Shown here piece after piece: positions 56,256-64,000 of a DNA stretch of 64,000 nt. The notes under the pieces were generated by a model. The model ran no database searches, was not told the origin of the DNA, and worked only from the letters and a program-made list of their open reading frames with translations. The position numbers and the translations under genes were made by a program. Where the stretch lies: IMG/VR virus record IMGVR_UViG_3300031857_000002, positions 248,001 to 312,000 of that record; one strand, given 5' to 3'. How positions within the stretch are numbered: position 1 is the stretch's first letter; each line of letters opens with the position of its first letter.

Positions 56256-58039
56256 TAAGCTAGGTGAGTGATAGAGTAAGTTATTGAGCCGGCTGTGCCA
56301 GTTGGGGTGGCATCTGCGTATGACACTGTGACCACACTGGTGGCTTCTGCAGCCGATAACACAAAGCCAGTTGACGCATTATCTGAATAGTCATCAGTAA
56401 ACGAGAATGTGGTTCCAGACACAATAGTAATTGTGCCTGTGCGATAAGTTGTGCCACGCTTGATAGTGTAATCCATTCGGAATGCTCGGATGCCTGTGGC
56501 ACTGCTGTCCACTGTGAACAAGGTAGAAGTTGCGGCTGAATCGGCCAGGGTGGATACCACGCCAGTAGTGCGCACATACTGACCCAGATTCATCTGGTTG
56601 GCAATAGTGGTATTGGCCACACCTGATATTACATAACCAATCTTGCTGGTGTTCATGCCAAACGCAATACTACCAGTGGCGCCTAGGCTCACACGAGGAT
56701 AGGTTGCGCTCTGTGCAGTGGTGCGCTGGAACATGTCGCCCATGCTGACATTGTTGTCTGTGTCAATACTGATCACAGGTGTGGTGGCTGTGACAGTGTA
56801 GTTGTTGCCCACATCATAGAATATGTTGTAGGCACTGATGTTAAATGTTGCTCCCACAATCTGAATGCCTTGAGTGTACACATCATCAAAGGTGTTGTGT
56901 ACCATGCGAACGCCTGTGGGACTGGTGTCTAAAATAATACCACGGTACATGGCATCAAAATAGCAGTTACTGATTGTGGCGCCGTTGATCACAGCATCAG
57001 TATTGACGCCATAAGTGACTCCGGTGAATCTGCAGTTATCAAAATAGATTTGGTTACAAGGATACGATATTGTGCTGGCAAAGTTTACTCCGCTGAGAGA
57101 GGCATCAGTCACTGTGTTTATGTTTGTGCTGGCAGTAAACGGGCCTTGGAATGTGATGTTGGTAAAAGATACTTGTTCAGCATCTTCCACCATTAAGATG
57201 TTGTGAGAGTTAGCAGAGTCATTGCCATATGTGGCTGTTTGGAATCGCATGCCAGATACTTCAATGCTTTGCGGAGCATATTGTGCGCCACCTGTGCCAA
57301 TGTCGCTGCCTACCTGTTGCAAGCTGTCTGCTGTGCGTACCACGTATTCTGGTAGGCCCGCTGGCACTGGGTCCCAAAAGTTGACATTTGTGATTGCTGT
57401 GCCAGCAGACACCGCGGCAATTGATCGGAAATAGTAGACACCGCCCGAGCCTGCAGGATAGTATACCAACACGCCTGTGGCATAAGGTATGGCACTAGAC
57501 CAGGTTTCTACAGCAAAGTTAATGATACTGGAGTTAGGACCTTCTCCGTACAACTGAGCAAATGGAGGAATCTTGATAGTGTCAGTGATTAGATATGTTC
57601 CTGCAGGGAAGAACAAACTTCTACGAATCTGTGTGTTGGTCTGGCGGCAGTACAACTGAAACAAGGCACGATTGATAGCGGCTGTGTCGTCTGTAACTCC
57701 GTCTCCGGTGGCGCCAAAGTCTGTGACCACGGCATAGCTGTCCAGTCTGCTCTGCAGGCTTTGACTTACTGGTGAACCTGATGTGGCACCTGTTTGTACG
57801 TCATATCCGGCAGCAGAACCTTTGTAGGTATAGGCTGTGGTATATTGCAACAGATCTGAAAATTCTGTAAGGATTTCAGTGTTGCCCACAACAGGAGCAC
57901 CTTCGGTTAGTTCGCCATTGCCAATGAACAATTGTCGTGTGTCTACTGCCCAGCCCAATTCTGCGCCAGCCAGTGGCTCAGGTAAGTCTTGTGCCAGACC
58001 TTTTCGTTGTGTAATTCTAGATATTTGTAAAATGGCCAC
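56255..58039 (-). CDS. tail fibre/spike protein with pectate-lyase-like beta-helix
   Basis: QISRI..RKG...ELGWAVD..QLFIG N-terminus; DFGATGDGVTDDTAAI; FFPAGTY. Confidence 0.85.
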   Translation of the reverse strand: MAILQISRITQRKGLAQDLPEPLAGAELGWAVDTRQLFIGNGELTEGAPVVGNTEILTEFSDLLQYTTAYTYKGSAAGYDVQTGATSGSPVSQSLQSRLDSYAVVTDFGATGDGVTDDTAAINRALFQLYCRQTNTQIRRSLFFPAGTYLITDTIKIPPFAQLYGEGPNSSIINFAVETWSSAIPYATGVLVYYPAGSGGVYYFRSIAAVSAGTAITNVNFWDPVPAGLPEYVVRTADSLQQVGSDIGTGGAQYAPQSIEVSGMRFQTATYGNDSANSHNILMVEDAEQVSFTNITFQGPFTASTNINTVTDASLSGVNFASTISYPCNQIYFDNCRFTGVTYGVNTDAVINGATISNCYFDAMYRGIILDTSPTGVRMVHNTFDDVYTQGIQIVGATFNISAYNIFYDVGNNYTVTATTPVISIDTDNNVSMGDMFQRTTAQSATYPRVSLGATGSIAFGMNTSKIGYVISGVANTTIANQMNLGQYVRTTGVVSTLADSAATSTLFTVDSSATGIRAFRMDYTIKRGTTYRTGTITIVSGTTFSFTDDYSDNASTGFVLSAAEATSVVTVSYADATPTGTAGSITYSITHLA

Positions 58040-58056
58040 GGTGCGTCCTCAATAGA

Positions 58057-58776
58057 TCACGTATTTAGCAGATAGAACTGCTCAACACGGCGCCACCACA
58101 GATCTCTGTAGCGATCAAACTCTGCACCTTCCAACACAAACTCTTGATATTCTGGGGGTTTAATGATGTTGAACTGCTCGTCAACATCTGGTTTGACGCA
58201 CATCAAGATCACACCCTTGCGTATGCGTGTGCCATGCACTTCATTGTGTGCTTCTGCATAGGCGCATAACTGCACAAAATAGTCCTCAATCCATTCACGC
58301 CGTTTGGGCTTGTTGCTTTGCTTGTAGTCCAAGATTGATTCTTCATTCAGATGAATCCCGGCGCCGTCTGTTGTGCCTGCGTAGATCCCGGGAAAGTATA
58401 GCGGAACTTCGATGCCCCAAAATTCGTTCACATTCTTCAAACCCTTTTCCACCACCACATGTGCCATGGCATGACTGGCCCAGCTGTAAGGATTTGTAGT
58501 GCGTTCTTTGATTTCACCTGTCTTTACATAGTCCTCAAGATAGGTGTGCATACGTGTGCCTCGATTGGCAGCTTCCGTAGTGATCTGCTGTGCTTTTTCT
58601 GCACCCACACTACGACGCCATCGGTTCAGTGCTTCCCGGCTTTCTTCGCTTTTGGTTTTGTCAAGTATTGTGGTAACTGAAGGTAAATTTTTGCCATCTG
58701 GTGTGGAGTAAAAACGTTTGCCTTCAACTACTACTCGGGGAATGGGTTGGTAATCAAATTTAGGATTGTACATCAA
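58057..58776 (-). CDS. PD-(D/E)XK exonuclease
   Basis: PSVTTIL, RGTRMH, YAGTTD, ILDYKQS, QLCAY. Confidence 0.88.
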   Translation of the reverse strand: MMYNPKFDYQPIPRVVVEGKRFYSTPDGKNLPSVTTILDKTKSEESREALNRWRRSVGAEKAQQITTEAANRGTRMHTYLEDYVKTGEIKERTTNPYSWASHAMAHVVVEKGLKNVNEFWGIEVPLYFPGIYAGTTDGAGIHLNEESILDYKQSNKPKRREWIEDYFVQLCAYAEAHNEVHGTRIRKGVILMCVKPDVDEQFNIIKPPEYQEFVLEGAEFDRYRDLWWRRVEQFYLLNT

Positions 58777-60160
58777 GTTTCTTAAAGAATGCCACCCGGT
58801 GAGTTATTTCCAGGGAGAATTGTTTTTCTATATCAATGTCATTAGTCATGATATTGATCAATTCTTTGTCAGGGGCATCTAGTAGATTATACAGTCTTTC
58901 ATTAAGTAAAGCAAATGATTGGTCAGTCTTTTTGTCAAAATAGGCATTATGGCTTAGAAATTTTAACCATTGTTCATGACTTTCGGGCATGTTCTTTAAT
59001 TCTTCAATTGTGGAATTTATAAAATTAAAAAGCACCCGGGTATGGTCAGGATATTTCTTAAAGATGCCATGCCCGACACAGATCTGTAAAAACTCAATCA
59101 ACGCTGGTCGATATCGTATAGGCAAGGCTTCTACGTCCAGGTGGCGGGTCTGATTTGTAAGATTAATAGGTTTTATAGGAAATGAATAATGCTGTTGATC
59201 AAACCAGGCTGACCAATAGGTCATAAATTCGTCAATGTACATGATGTTGTTGAGGCTGAACACTGGTGTGATCAAACAACGCCATCTAGGAGTATATGTT
59301 TTCTTTCCAGACACAATACTCAGAGTGGTTTGATGACTCATTAGTGTGGCTAAATTGTTTTCAATCTTTTCAAATTTAGCCGGCCACCGCAGATATTGAT
59401 AATTGTCGCCCACTGAGTCAATGCTTAAATTGATATCTACATCTCTAAACTGTGACATCTTGCTCATGAGATCGTAGCCTGGCCGTACTGACAGTGCAGT
59501 GGTCACACGCAGATGCACACGAGGTGCAATTCCTTGAGCAATCATCCAGTTCAAAAGTTTTTTCATGCCTGGCTGCACAAGACTTTCCCCACCAATGAAA
59601 TGCACATAAAAATGCTCTACCTCGGGCAATTTTTCTAATATGGTTGTGGTAATCAACTTCCAGTGTTCAGGACTTGTACTAATATCTATTTCATACTGTT
59701 CGCTCACAGGAGTATTGGTTATTCTAGCCCAGGTCGAGCTTTCTGTTTTTGAACAACTCCTGCAGGCTAGATTACAAAAGTTACTGAACTTGACCCGCAG
59801 TTCAAACTCAGGAAGTGCTTGTTTTTCTACAAAACTCCTTAATCTATCTTCAATGTATCCCAAGAAACCATTCACACGTTCACTAGCACCACTGTGGTCT
59901 TCTTCAGATTTACAGCGCCAGCATGCTTCAGGCCATTGTTCATTTAACTGTTGCTCTTTGATATCAGCAAATGGATCTGCTCCTGCACTGGGCACAAAAG
60001 TTCTGTCGTCAAGATTGCAACAACAGGTTTTGTACACGGGTTCTGAACTCAGCTCTGAATAACGTGTGTCTAGTGTGACATAGGGATATATGCACAATGT
60101 GGGATTTTGTTCAGCCCATAACAGTCGTTGGTCTACAGACTTTTTCAGTGCGTCGGTCAT
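58760..60160 (-). CDS. radical SAM protein with N-terminal Cys-rich segment
   Basis: CNLACRSC, IGGE; CIYPY...CCC...CWRC; ATGA overlap with iscA stop. Confidence 0.88.
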   Translation of the reverse strand: MTDALKKSVDQRLLWAEQNPTLCIYPYVTLDTRYSELSSEPVYKTCCCNLDDRTFVPSAGADPFADIKEQQLNEQWPEACWRCKSEEDHSGASERVNGFLGYIEDRLRSFVEKQALPEFELRVKFSNFCNLACRSCSKTESSTWARITNTPVSEQYEIDISTSPEHWKLITTTILEKLPEVEHFYVHFIGGESLVQPGMKKLLNWMIAQGIAPRVHLRVTTALSVRPGYDLMSKMSQFRDVDINLSIDSVGDNYQYLRWPAKFEKIENNLATLMSHQTTLSIVSGKKTYTPRWRCLITPVFSLNNIMYIDEFMTYWSAWFDQQHYSFPIKPINLTNQTRHLDVEALPIRYRPALIEFLQICVGHGIFKKYPDHTRVLFNFINSTIEELKNMPESHEQWLKFLSHNAYFDKKTDQSFALLNERLYNLLDAPDKELINIMTNDIDIEKQFSLEITHRVAFFKKLDVQS

Positions 60161-60477
60161 ACTCGAAAACTTTCTCCGCAACCGCAACGATCACGCTCAT
60201 TGGGATTGCGGAATTCAAATCCTTCATTTAGGCCGTTGCGCACAAAGTCCACAGTTACGCCTTGCAAGTAGGCACAACTCTTGGGATCTACATAAATTTC
60301 ACAGCCGTTACAGCTAAAGCATTGATCTTCAGTTTTGGGTGCATCAACATATTCCAACACATAGGCCAGGCCTGAACAGCCTGTGGTACGAACACCTAGT
60401 CTGATGCCTACACCATGCCCGCGACGTTGGAGTGTTTGTTTTATCTTTCTAGCCGCAATGTCAGTTACTGATACCAT
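60157..60477 (-). CDS. iscA: A-type Fe-S carrier protein IscA
   Basis: TTGCSGLAY, FRNPN, CGCGESF. Confidence 0.95.
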   Translation of the reverse strand: MVSVTDIAARKIKQTLQRRGHGVGIRLGVRTTGCSGLAYVLEYVDAPKTEDQCFSCNGCEIYVDPKSCAYLQGVTVDFVRNGLNEGFEFRNPNERDRCGCGESFRV

Positions 60478-61469
60478 GATTTTTTAGTGCAATATGTGTT
60501 GCAAGCAGTTAGTTGTTTAGGGGTGTCAAATGTGTCAATTATCTGATTGAACCACACTACGCCTTTTTCCAATGTGTCTACAGTGGCTCCGTCCCTGAGC
60601 ACATGAACATCTTCCACATATGTTGTGCCAGGCTTGCTGAAATTGCCAATGAAACAGCACGGATCTATATTGCCGTCGGATGCAATATACATACTCACTG
60701 GTGACCAAATGTGTAGGGCCTTGCACTCAACTTCATCGTAGGGTGCCTGGGCCAGTTTACGAGGTCCGTGCAGATTGATCCATTCTTCTGTGATTTGATC
60801 TGGGAAAGTTTTACCTGATTCTTTTTTGAGTTCAAATATTTTTTGGCCGTGTTGATTGTATACTGGTCCCCAGTCTCGGCCATGATGTCTCAAATTGAAT
60901 TTTTTAAATCCCAGTGCTTCACTGCGTTCACGTGCTTCGTTGATCTGATGACGATTGTGATCAAATTCAGTCATGCACCAATTGGCATGCCCACCGGCTG
61001 CAATAAAGATTTGAGCATTTTTGATCACTGTTTCAAACACTGTGTTTTGTCGGTAGATATGATGAGTGTCTTCAAGACCGTCAATGCAAAACTCCATAAC
61101 CACTCCTGTGGCTGCCAAGGATTGCCAAAATTCACGACCTTGGGCGCCGCCATTGGTGGATGCAGAAAGTGTTAATCCAGGTTTTCCAGGTTTAAATTTT
61201 TGTCCGTGTTGTCTAAACCAAGCCAATATACTGGGTGTTTCAGGATTCATCACTAGGTCGCCAAGGTTTCCATTTATTAACACACGTTTCAGTTGTGCAA
61301 CCACAGTCTCAGGCACAATTGTTTTGATTTTTTCCAAGGTCAAATTGGTTTCTTTATAACCAAAATTGTAGGGAAATCCATGATAGTTGCGCATGCACAT
61401 GGGGCACCTTGCGTTACACAAGGAACTGATTTCTATTTGTAATTCTCGAATGTCTGAGATGTTAATCAT
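60465..61469 (-). CDS. radical SAM protein with C-terminal SPASM/twitch-like Cys cluster
   Basis: CNARCPMC, TNG; C...GNIDPCC...CNTYC. Confidence 0.88.
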   Translation of the reverse strand: MINISDIRELQIEISSLCNARCPMCMRNYHGFPYNFGYKETNLTLEKIKTIVPETVVAQLKRVLINGNLGDLVMNPETPSILAWFRQHGQKFKPGKPGLTLSASTNGGAQGREFWQSLAATGVVMEFCIDGLEDTHHIYRQNTVFETVIKNAQIFIAAGGHANWCMTEFDHNRHQINEARERSEALGFKKFNLRHHGRDWGPVYNQHGQKIFELKKESGKTFPDQITEEWINLHGPRKLAQAPYDEVECKALHIWSPVSMYIASDGNIDPCCFIGNFSKPGTTYVEDVHVLRDGATVDTLEKGVVWFNQIIDTFDTPKQLTACNTYCTKKSWYQ

Positions 61470-62275
61470 GATGTATTTAAGATATATTTGCTGGCTACCA
61501 TTTCAGCAAACCGTCTGTTGGTCTCTGCATTGTAATGCCCGCCTGGTAACTCACCTCTTGCACTACTGGCATAGGTTACAATATTGTTAATGTGCAACCA
61601 ATCAATGCCTGTGTCTTCCCAGGCTCCACGTATGTCAGGAAATTGGTTTAATAATTTGATACCACCAGCTGGGTCTAGAACAGAACTAACAAAGTTGTGG
61701 GTAGAAAACACATGTATGTTCTTGACTCCGTGACTGCGACATATGGCTTGTGAAATCATCACTGTGACTAGAAATCTATAAAAATTAGATTCCCATCCTT
61801 CTAGCAGTTTTAAGTTAACAAAATAATCAGTTTCAGGTCCTAATCGAGGCACTGTGCCAGCATTTACAAACCTTGGTAAAATTTTATCCTGATACTGATT
61901 ATTGAACAATACTTCTCGATCAATAGAACTAAACTGCAATATCACAGTGTCTGGTTTAATCTTTATTAGATCTTGTGCCAGCTTGTAAGGCCAGTAACTG
62001 GGGCCTGACTTGGCCGCAGACTGATTAATTACTGTTTGTTGAGTTATTTCTGCCAACTGCCCTGGCCAACATAACTTTGCTTCCAGGTCATGAAGTACCT
62101 TGTCACCTAGTGTTCTATGAAGTTCTTGACTTTCTTTTATTGCAATATCACTACCGCACCAGTTGTGATATTTGACTAGATTGGATGTGCGTTCTGTGTG
62201 GCCTGGCCAACTGGGGTACAAATAATCAGCTAGTTCACTGCCCGAACTAAAGCTGTCACCTAGCACATAGATCAT
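61466..62275 (-). CDS. SGNH/GDSL-like hydrolase
   Basis: GDSFS block I; C-terminal GGHY. Confidence 0.65.
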   Translation of the reverse strand: MIYVLGDSFSSGSELADYLYPSWPGHTERTSNLVKYHNWCGSDIAIKESQELHRTLGDKVLHDLEAKLCWPGQLAEITQQTVINQSAAKSGPSYWPYKLAQDLIKIKPDTVILQFSSIDREVLFNNQYQDKILPRFVNAGTVPRLGPETDYFVNLKLLEGWESNFYRFLVTVMISQAICRSHGVKNIHVFSTHNFVSSVLDPAGGIKLLNQFPDIRGAWEDTGIDWLHINNIVTYASSARGELPGGHYNAETNRRFAEMVASKYILNTS

Positions 62276-62649
62276 TGATGTCTTTTGCGATAGTCTTCTA
62301 CTGCCGCTTTGATTGCATCTTCTGCAAGTATTGAACAGTGAATTTTAACAGGGGGGAGGGCAAGCTCATCAGCAATCTCGCTATTTTTGATCGCTGCCGC
62401 TTCGTCAAGTGTGCGTCCTTTGACCCATTCAGTAACCAGCGAACTCGACGCAATCGCTGAGCCGCAACCATATGTTTTAAATCTTGCATCTGTGATTACT
62501 CCATCTTTTACTTTTATTTGTAACTTCATCACATCACCGCAGGCAGGTGCTCCTACCATGCCTGTACCTACATCTTCGTCGCCTTTTTCAAAGCTACCCA
62601 CGTTGCGTGGATTCTCATAATGATCTACTACTTGATTGGAATATGCCAT
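62272..62649 (-). CDS. iscU: Fe-S cluster scaffold IscU
   Basis: MAYS..VVDHYENPRNVG, APACGD, GCGSAIAS, LPPVKIHCS. Confidence 0.97.
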   Translation of the reverse strand: MAYSNQVVDHYENPRNVGSFEKGDEDVGTGMVGAPACGDVMKLQIKVKDGVITDARFKTYGCGSAIASSSLVTEWVKGRTLDEAAAIKNSEIADELALPPVKIHCSILAEDAIKAAVEDYRKRHQ

Positions 62650-62650
62650 A

Positions 62651-62962
62651 TTATTGTGTACAGGTTCTTTCGCGGTAGATTTTACCGTCGAGTGTTTGGA
62701 TTTCTTTCCAAGGCGTGCAAGACTCTTGCGGCACGTAGACGGGTTGTTGTTGCACAATCACTGTTTCTGCTTGTGCAGGTCTATTGGCAATAACAGCACC
62801 TACTACCCCGCCAATGATTAACGGGGCGACCCAATTATTATGACCATAATGGCCGTAGTATCTGGCATGTCCATACGGACCGTGGTGGCCATGTCGCCAA
62901 TGTTGTGCTAGTGCAGGCACTGTGACCATTAACAATGCTAGTGAAATTAAGATCTTTTTCAT
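62651..62962 (-). CDS. secreted His/Gly-rich small protein
   Basis: Signal peptide; WVAPLIIGGVVG; AGGAG RBS; TTGACT-17-TATAAT at 62981-63009. Confidence 0.8.
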   Translation of the reverse strand: MKKILISLALLMVTVPALAQHWRHGHHGPYGHARYYGHYGHNNWVAPLIIGGVVGAVIANRPAQAETVIVQQQPVYVPQESCTPWKEIQTLDGKIYRERTCTQ

Positions 62963-63029
62963 AGTGATCTCCTTTAAGTTATTATACTATATATAACGCC
63001 TAAAGTCAACCAAATGTTGACAGTTTTGA

Positions 63030-63389
63030 TTAAACGCCGCGGGATTTGTTCATTGCCGATTTGGCGGCATTGGCAACTATGTCTTGTGCTTTGTTCACAG
63101 GCATAGCAACCGGTTCGGCAGGTTCGCCTTCACCTTTGAATATGATTTCTTGTGCTTCTGGAGTCATTGGTTCTAGTACCGAACTCAATGGAGGTTGTCC
63201 CACAATCTCTTCAATGTTGTCTTCGGTAACATTAATGCCCAGACTTTGTGCTAGGCTGATAAATGCACCTCGAGAGATTTGTTTTTGTGCGCCTTCGTCG
63301 TCTGCACGTCCGGCAAGAAAGTTGACCAGCCCTAACAGTTCGTCGGGGCTGGGTGTTGTGGATTCTGTTATGAATTCACGGAATCGCAT
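63030..63389 (-). CDS. hypothetical protein, possibly virion/head associated
   Basis: N-terminus MRFREFITE; coupled to upstream gene. Confidence 0.7.
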   Translation of the reverse strand: MRFREFITESTTPSPDELLGLVNFLAGRADDEGAQKQISRGAFISLAQSLGINVTEDNIEEIVGQPPLSSVLEPMTPEAQEIIFKGEGEPAEPVAMPVNKAQDIVANAAKSAMNKSRGV

Positions 63390-64000
63390 TATCTACGTGC
63401 TCGGCCCAGACCAGCACCGCCTGCGGCTGCTTCTGGTTCTGCAGGAACTTCAGGAGGCATTGCGCCGCCCATTTCTGGAGCAGGAGCGGCACCCATGTTG
63501 GCTTGTACATCAACCACACCAGGAGCAGTGGCCATGCCAGCGTCAGGAGCAGGTGCTTGACCTGTTACCACGCCCAGGGCTTGATCCAAGGCAGCTTTGG
63601 CACCTTGTAAGTTTTGTACCAGGCCAGCAAGAGCGGCTGTGGCATCTGTGTTGAATTGTGTGGCTTGATCAATGCCCACTTGGTTCTTGATCGAGTCAAC
63701 TAGAGCTGGTAATTCTTTGAACTGTAATTCAGTTACATCTTCCAACATGCCTTGCATTTTGTCAACCATGTCTTGTGCGGCCAACACAACTTGAGCTTGT
63801 TGTACTTCGCTTTCATTCAAGCGAGTCATCACACGACGCAGACGACTTTCGGCCTGCATCATGGCAGCACCAGCAACAAGTTTTTGCTCATCAGGGTTGA
63901 GTGTTTGACCACTTTGGCTCTTTTTCAAAGCAGCAGCCAGTTTGGGATCTTTAACTTGCACAGTGCTTGGTTGTGCTGGCTTGGCGCCTGGTGCGGCACC
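63389..64000 (-). CDS. putative head scaffolding/core-like protein, 5' part outside window
   Basis: Frame open to the window edge; LNESE...QAQVVLAAQDMVD helical core and Ala/Pro-rich tail. Confidence 0.6.
   Translation of the reverse strand, partial: GAAPGAKPAQPSTVQVKDPKLAAALKKSQSGQTLNPDEQKLVAGAAMMQAESRLRRVMTRLNESEVQQAQVVLAAQDMVDKMQGMLEDVTELQFKELPALVDSIKNQVGIDQATQFNTDATAALAGLVQNLQGAKAALDQALGVVTGQAPAPDAGMATAPGVVDVQANMGAAPAPEMGGAMPPEVPAEPEAAAGGAGLGRARR

Noticed and set aside
58057-58776. Cas4 of a CRISPR system
   Set aside because: It lacks the four-Cys Fe-S motif and cas context; it is a common phage PD-(D/E)XK exonuclease.
1-64000. Bacterial chromosome or integrated prophage
   Set aside because: Host-like genes (iscU, iscA, clpX, pstS, rpsU) lack their normal operon partners and are mixed with virion and phage replication genes. 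No integrase or att site is visible.
1-64000. Stop-codon recoding, tRNA or rRNA genes
   Set aside because: Conserved genes are full length under the standard code, and TAA, TAG and TGA all end genes. No cloverleaf or rRNA signature was seen by eye; a tRNAscan run would be needed to be sure.

Overview
A 64-kb segment of a large lytic tailed-phage genome (T4-like/jumbo myovirus type), densely coding and mostly on the minus strand. It uses the standard genetic code. I found no tRNA, rRNA, CRISPR array or IS element. Phage hallmarks: PAAR spike tip, pectate-lyase-type tail protein, ATP-dependent DNA ligase, NrdA/NrdB/glutaredoxin, PD-(D/E)XK exonuclease, many small early ORFs behind near-consensus sigma70 promoters (six inside a near-identical ~52-bp repeat), and a recurrent TAAATA late-type element. 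Host-like genes include two ClpP, ClpX, ClpS, Hsp20, S21, IscU, IscA, PstS, UvsE, Ugd, YccA and a DD-peptidase. These, together with a phasin-like and a DUF3563-like gene, suggest a proteobacterial, possibly Burkholderiales, host (inference). The most notable finding is a compact module with two Pho boxes: PlcP-type phospholipase C, GT2 glycosyltransferase and PstS. It looks like a phage-borne phosphate-starvation lipid-remodelling system. Other highlights are a phasin-like gene with a PhaR-like operator and ROSE-like thermometer, a Ugd/oxygenase/amidinotransferase cluster, IscU/IscA interleaved with radical SAM enzymes, an R-M-like pair with a DGQHR-like gene, and several candidate structured RNAs. 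All calls come from reading motifs by eye; no searches or folding programs were run.
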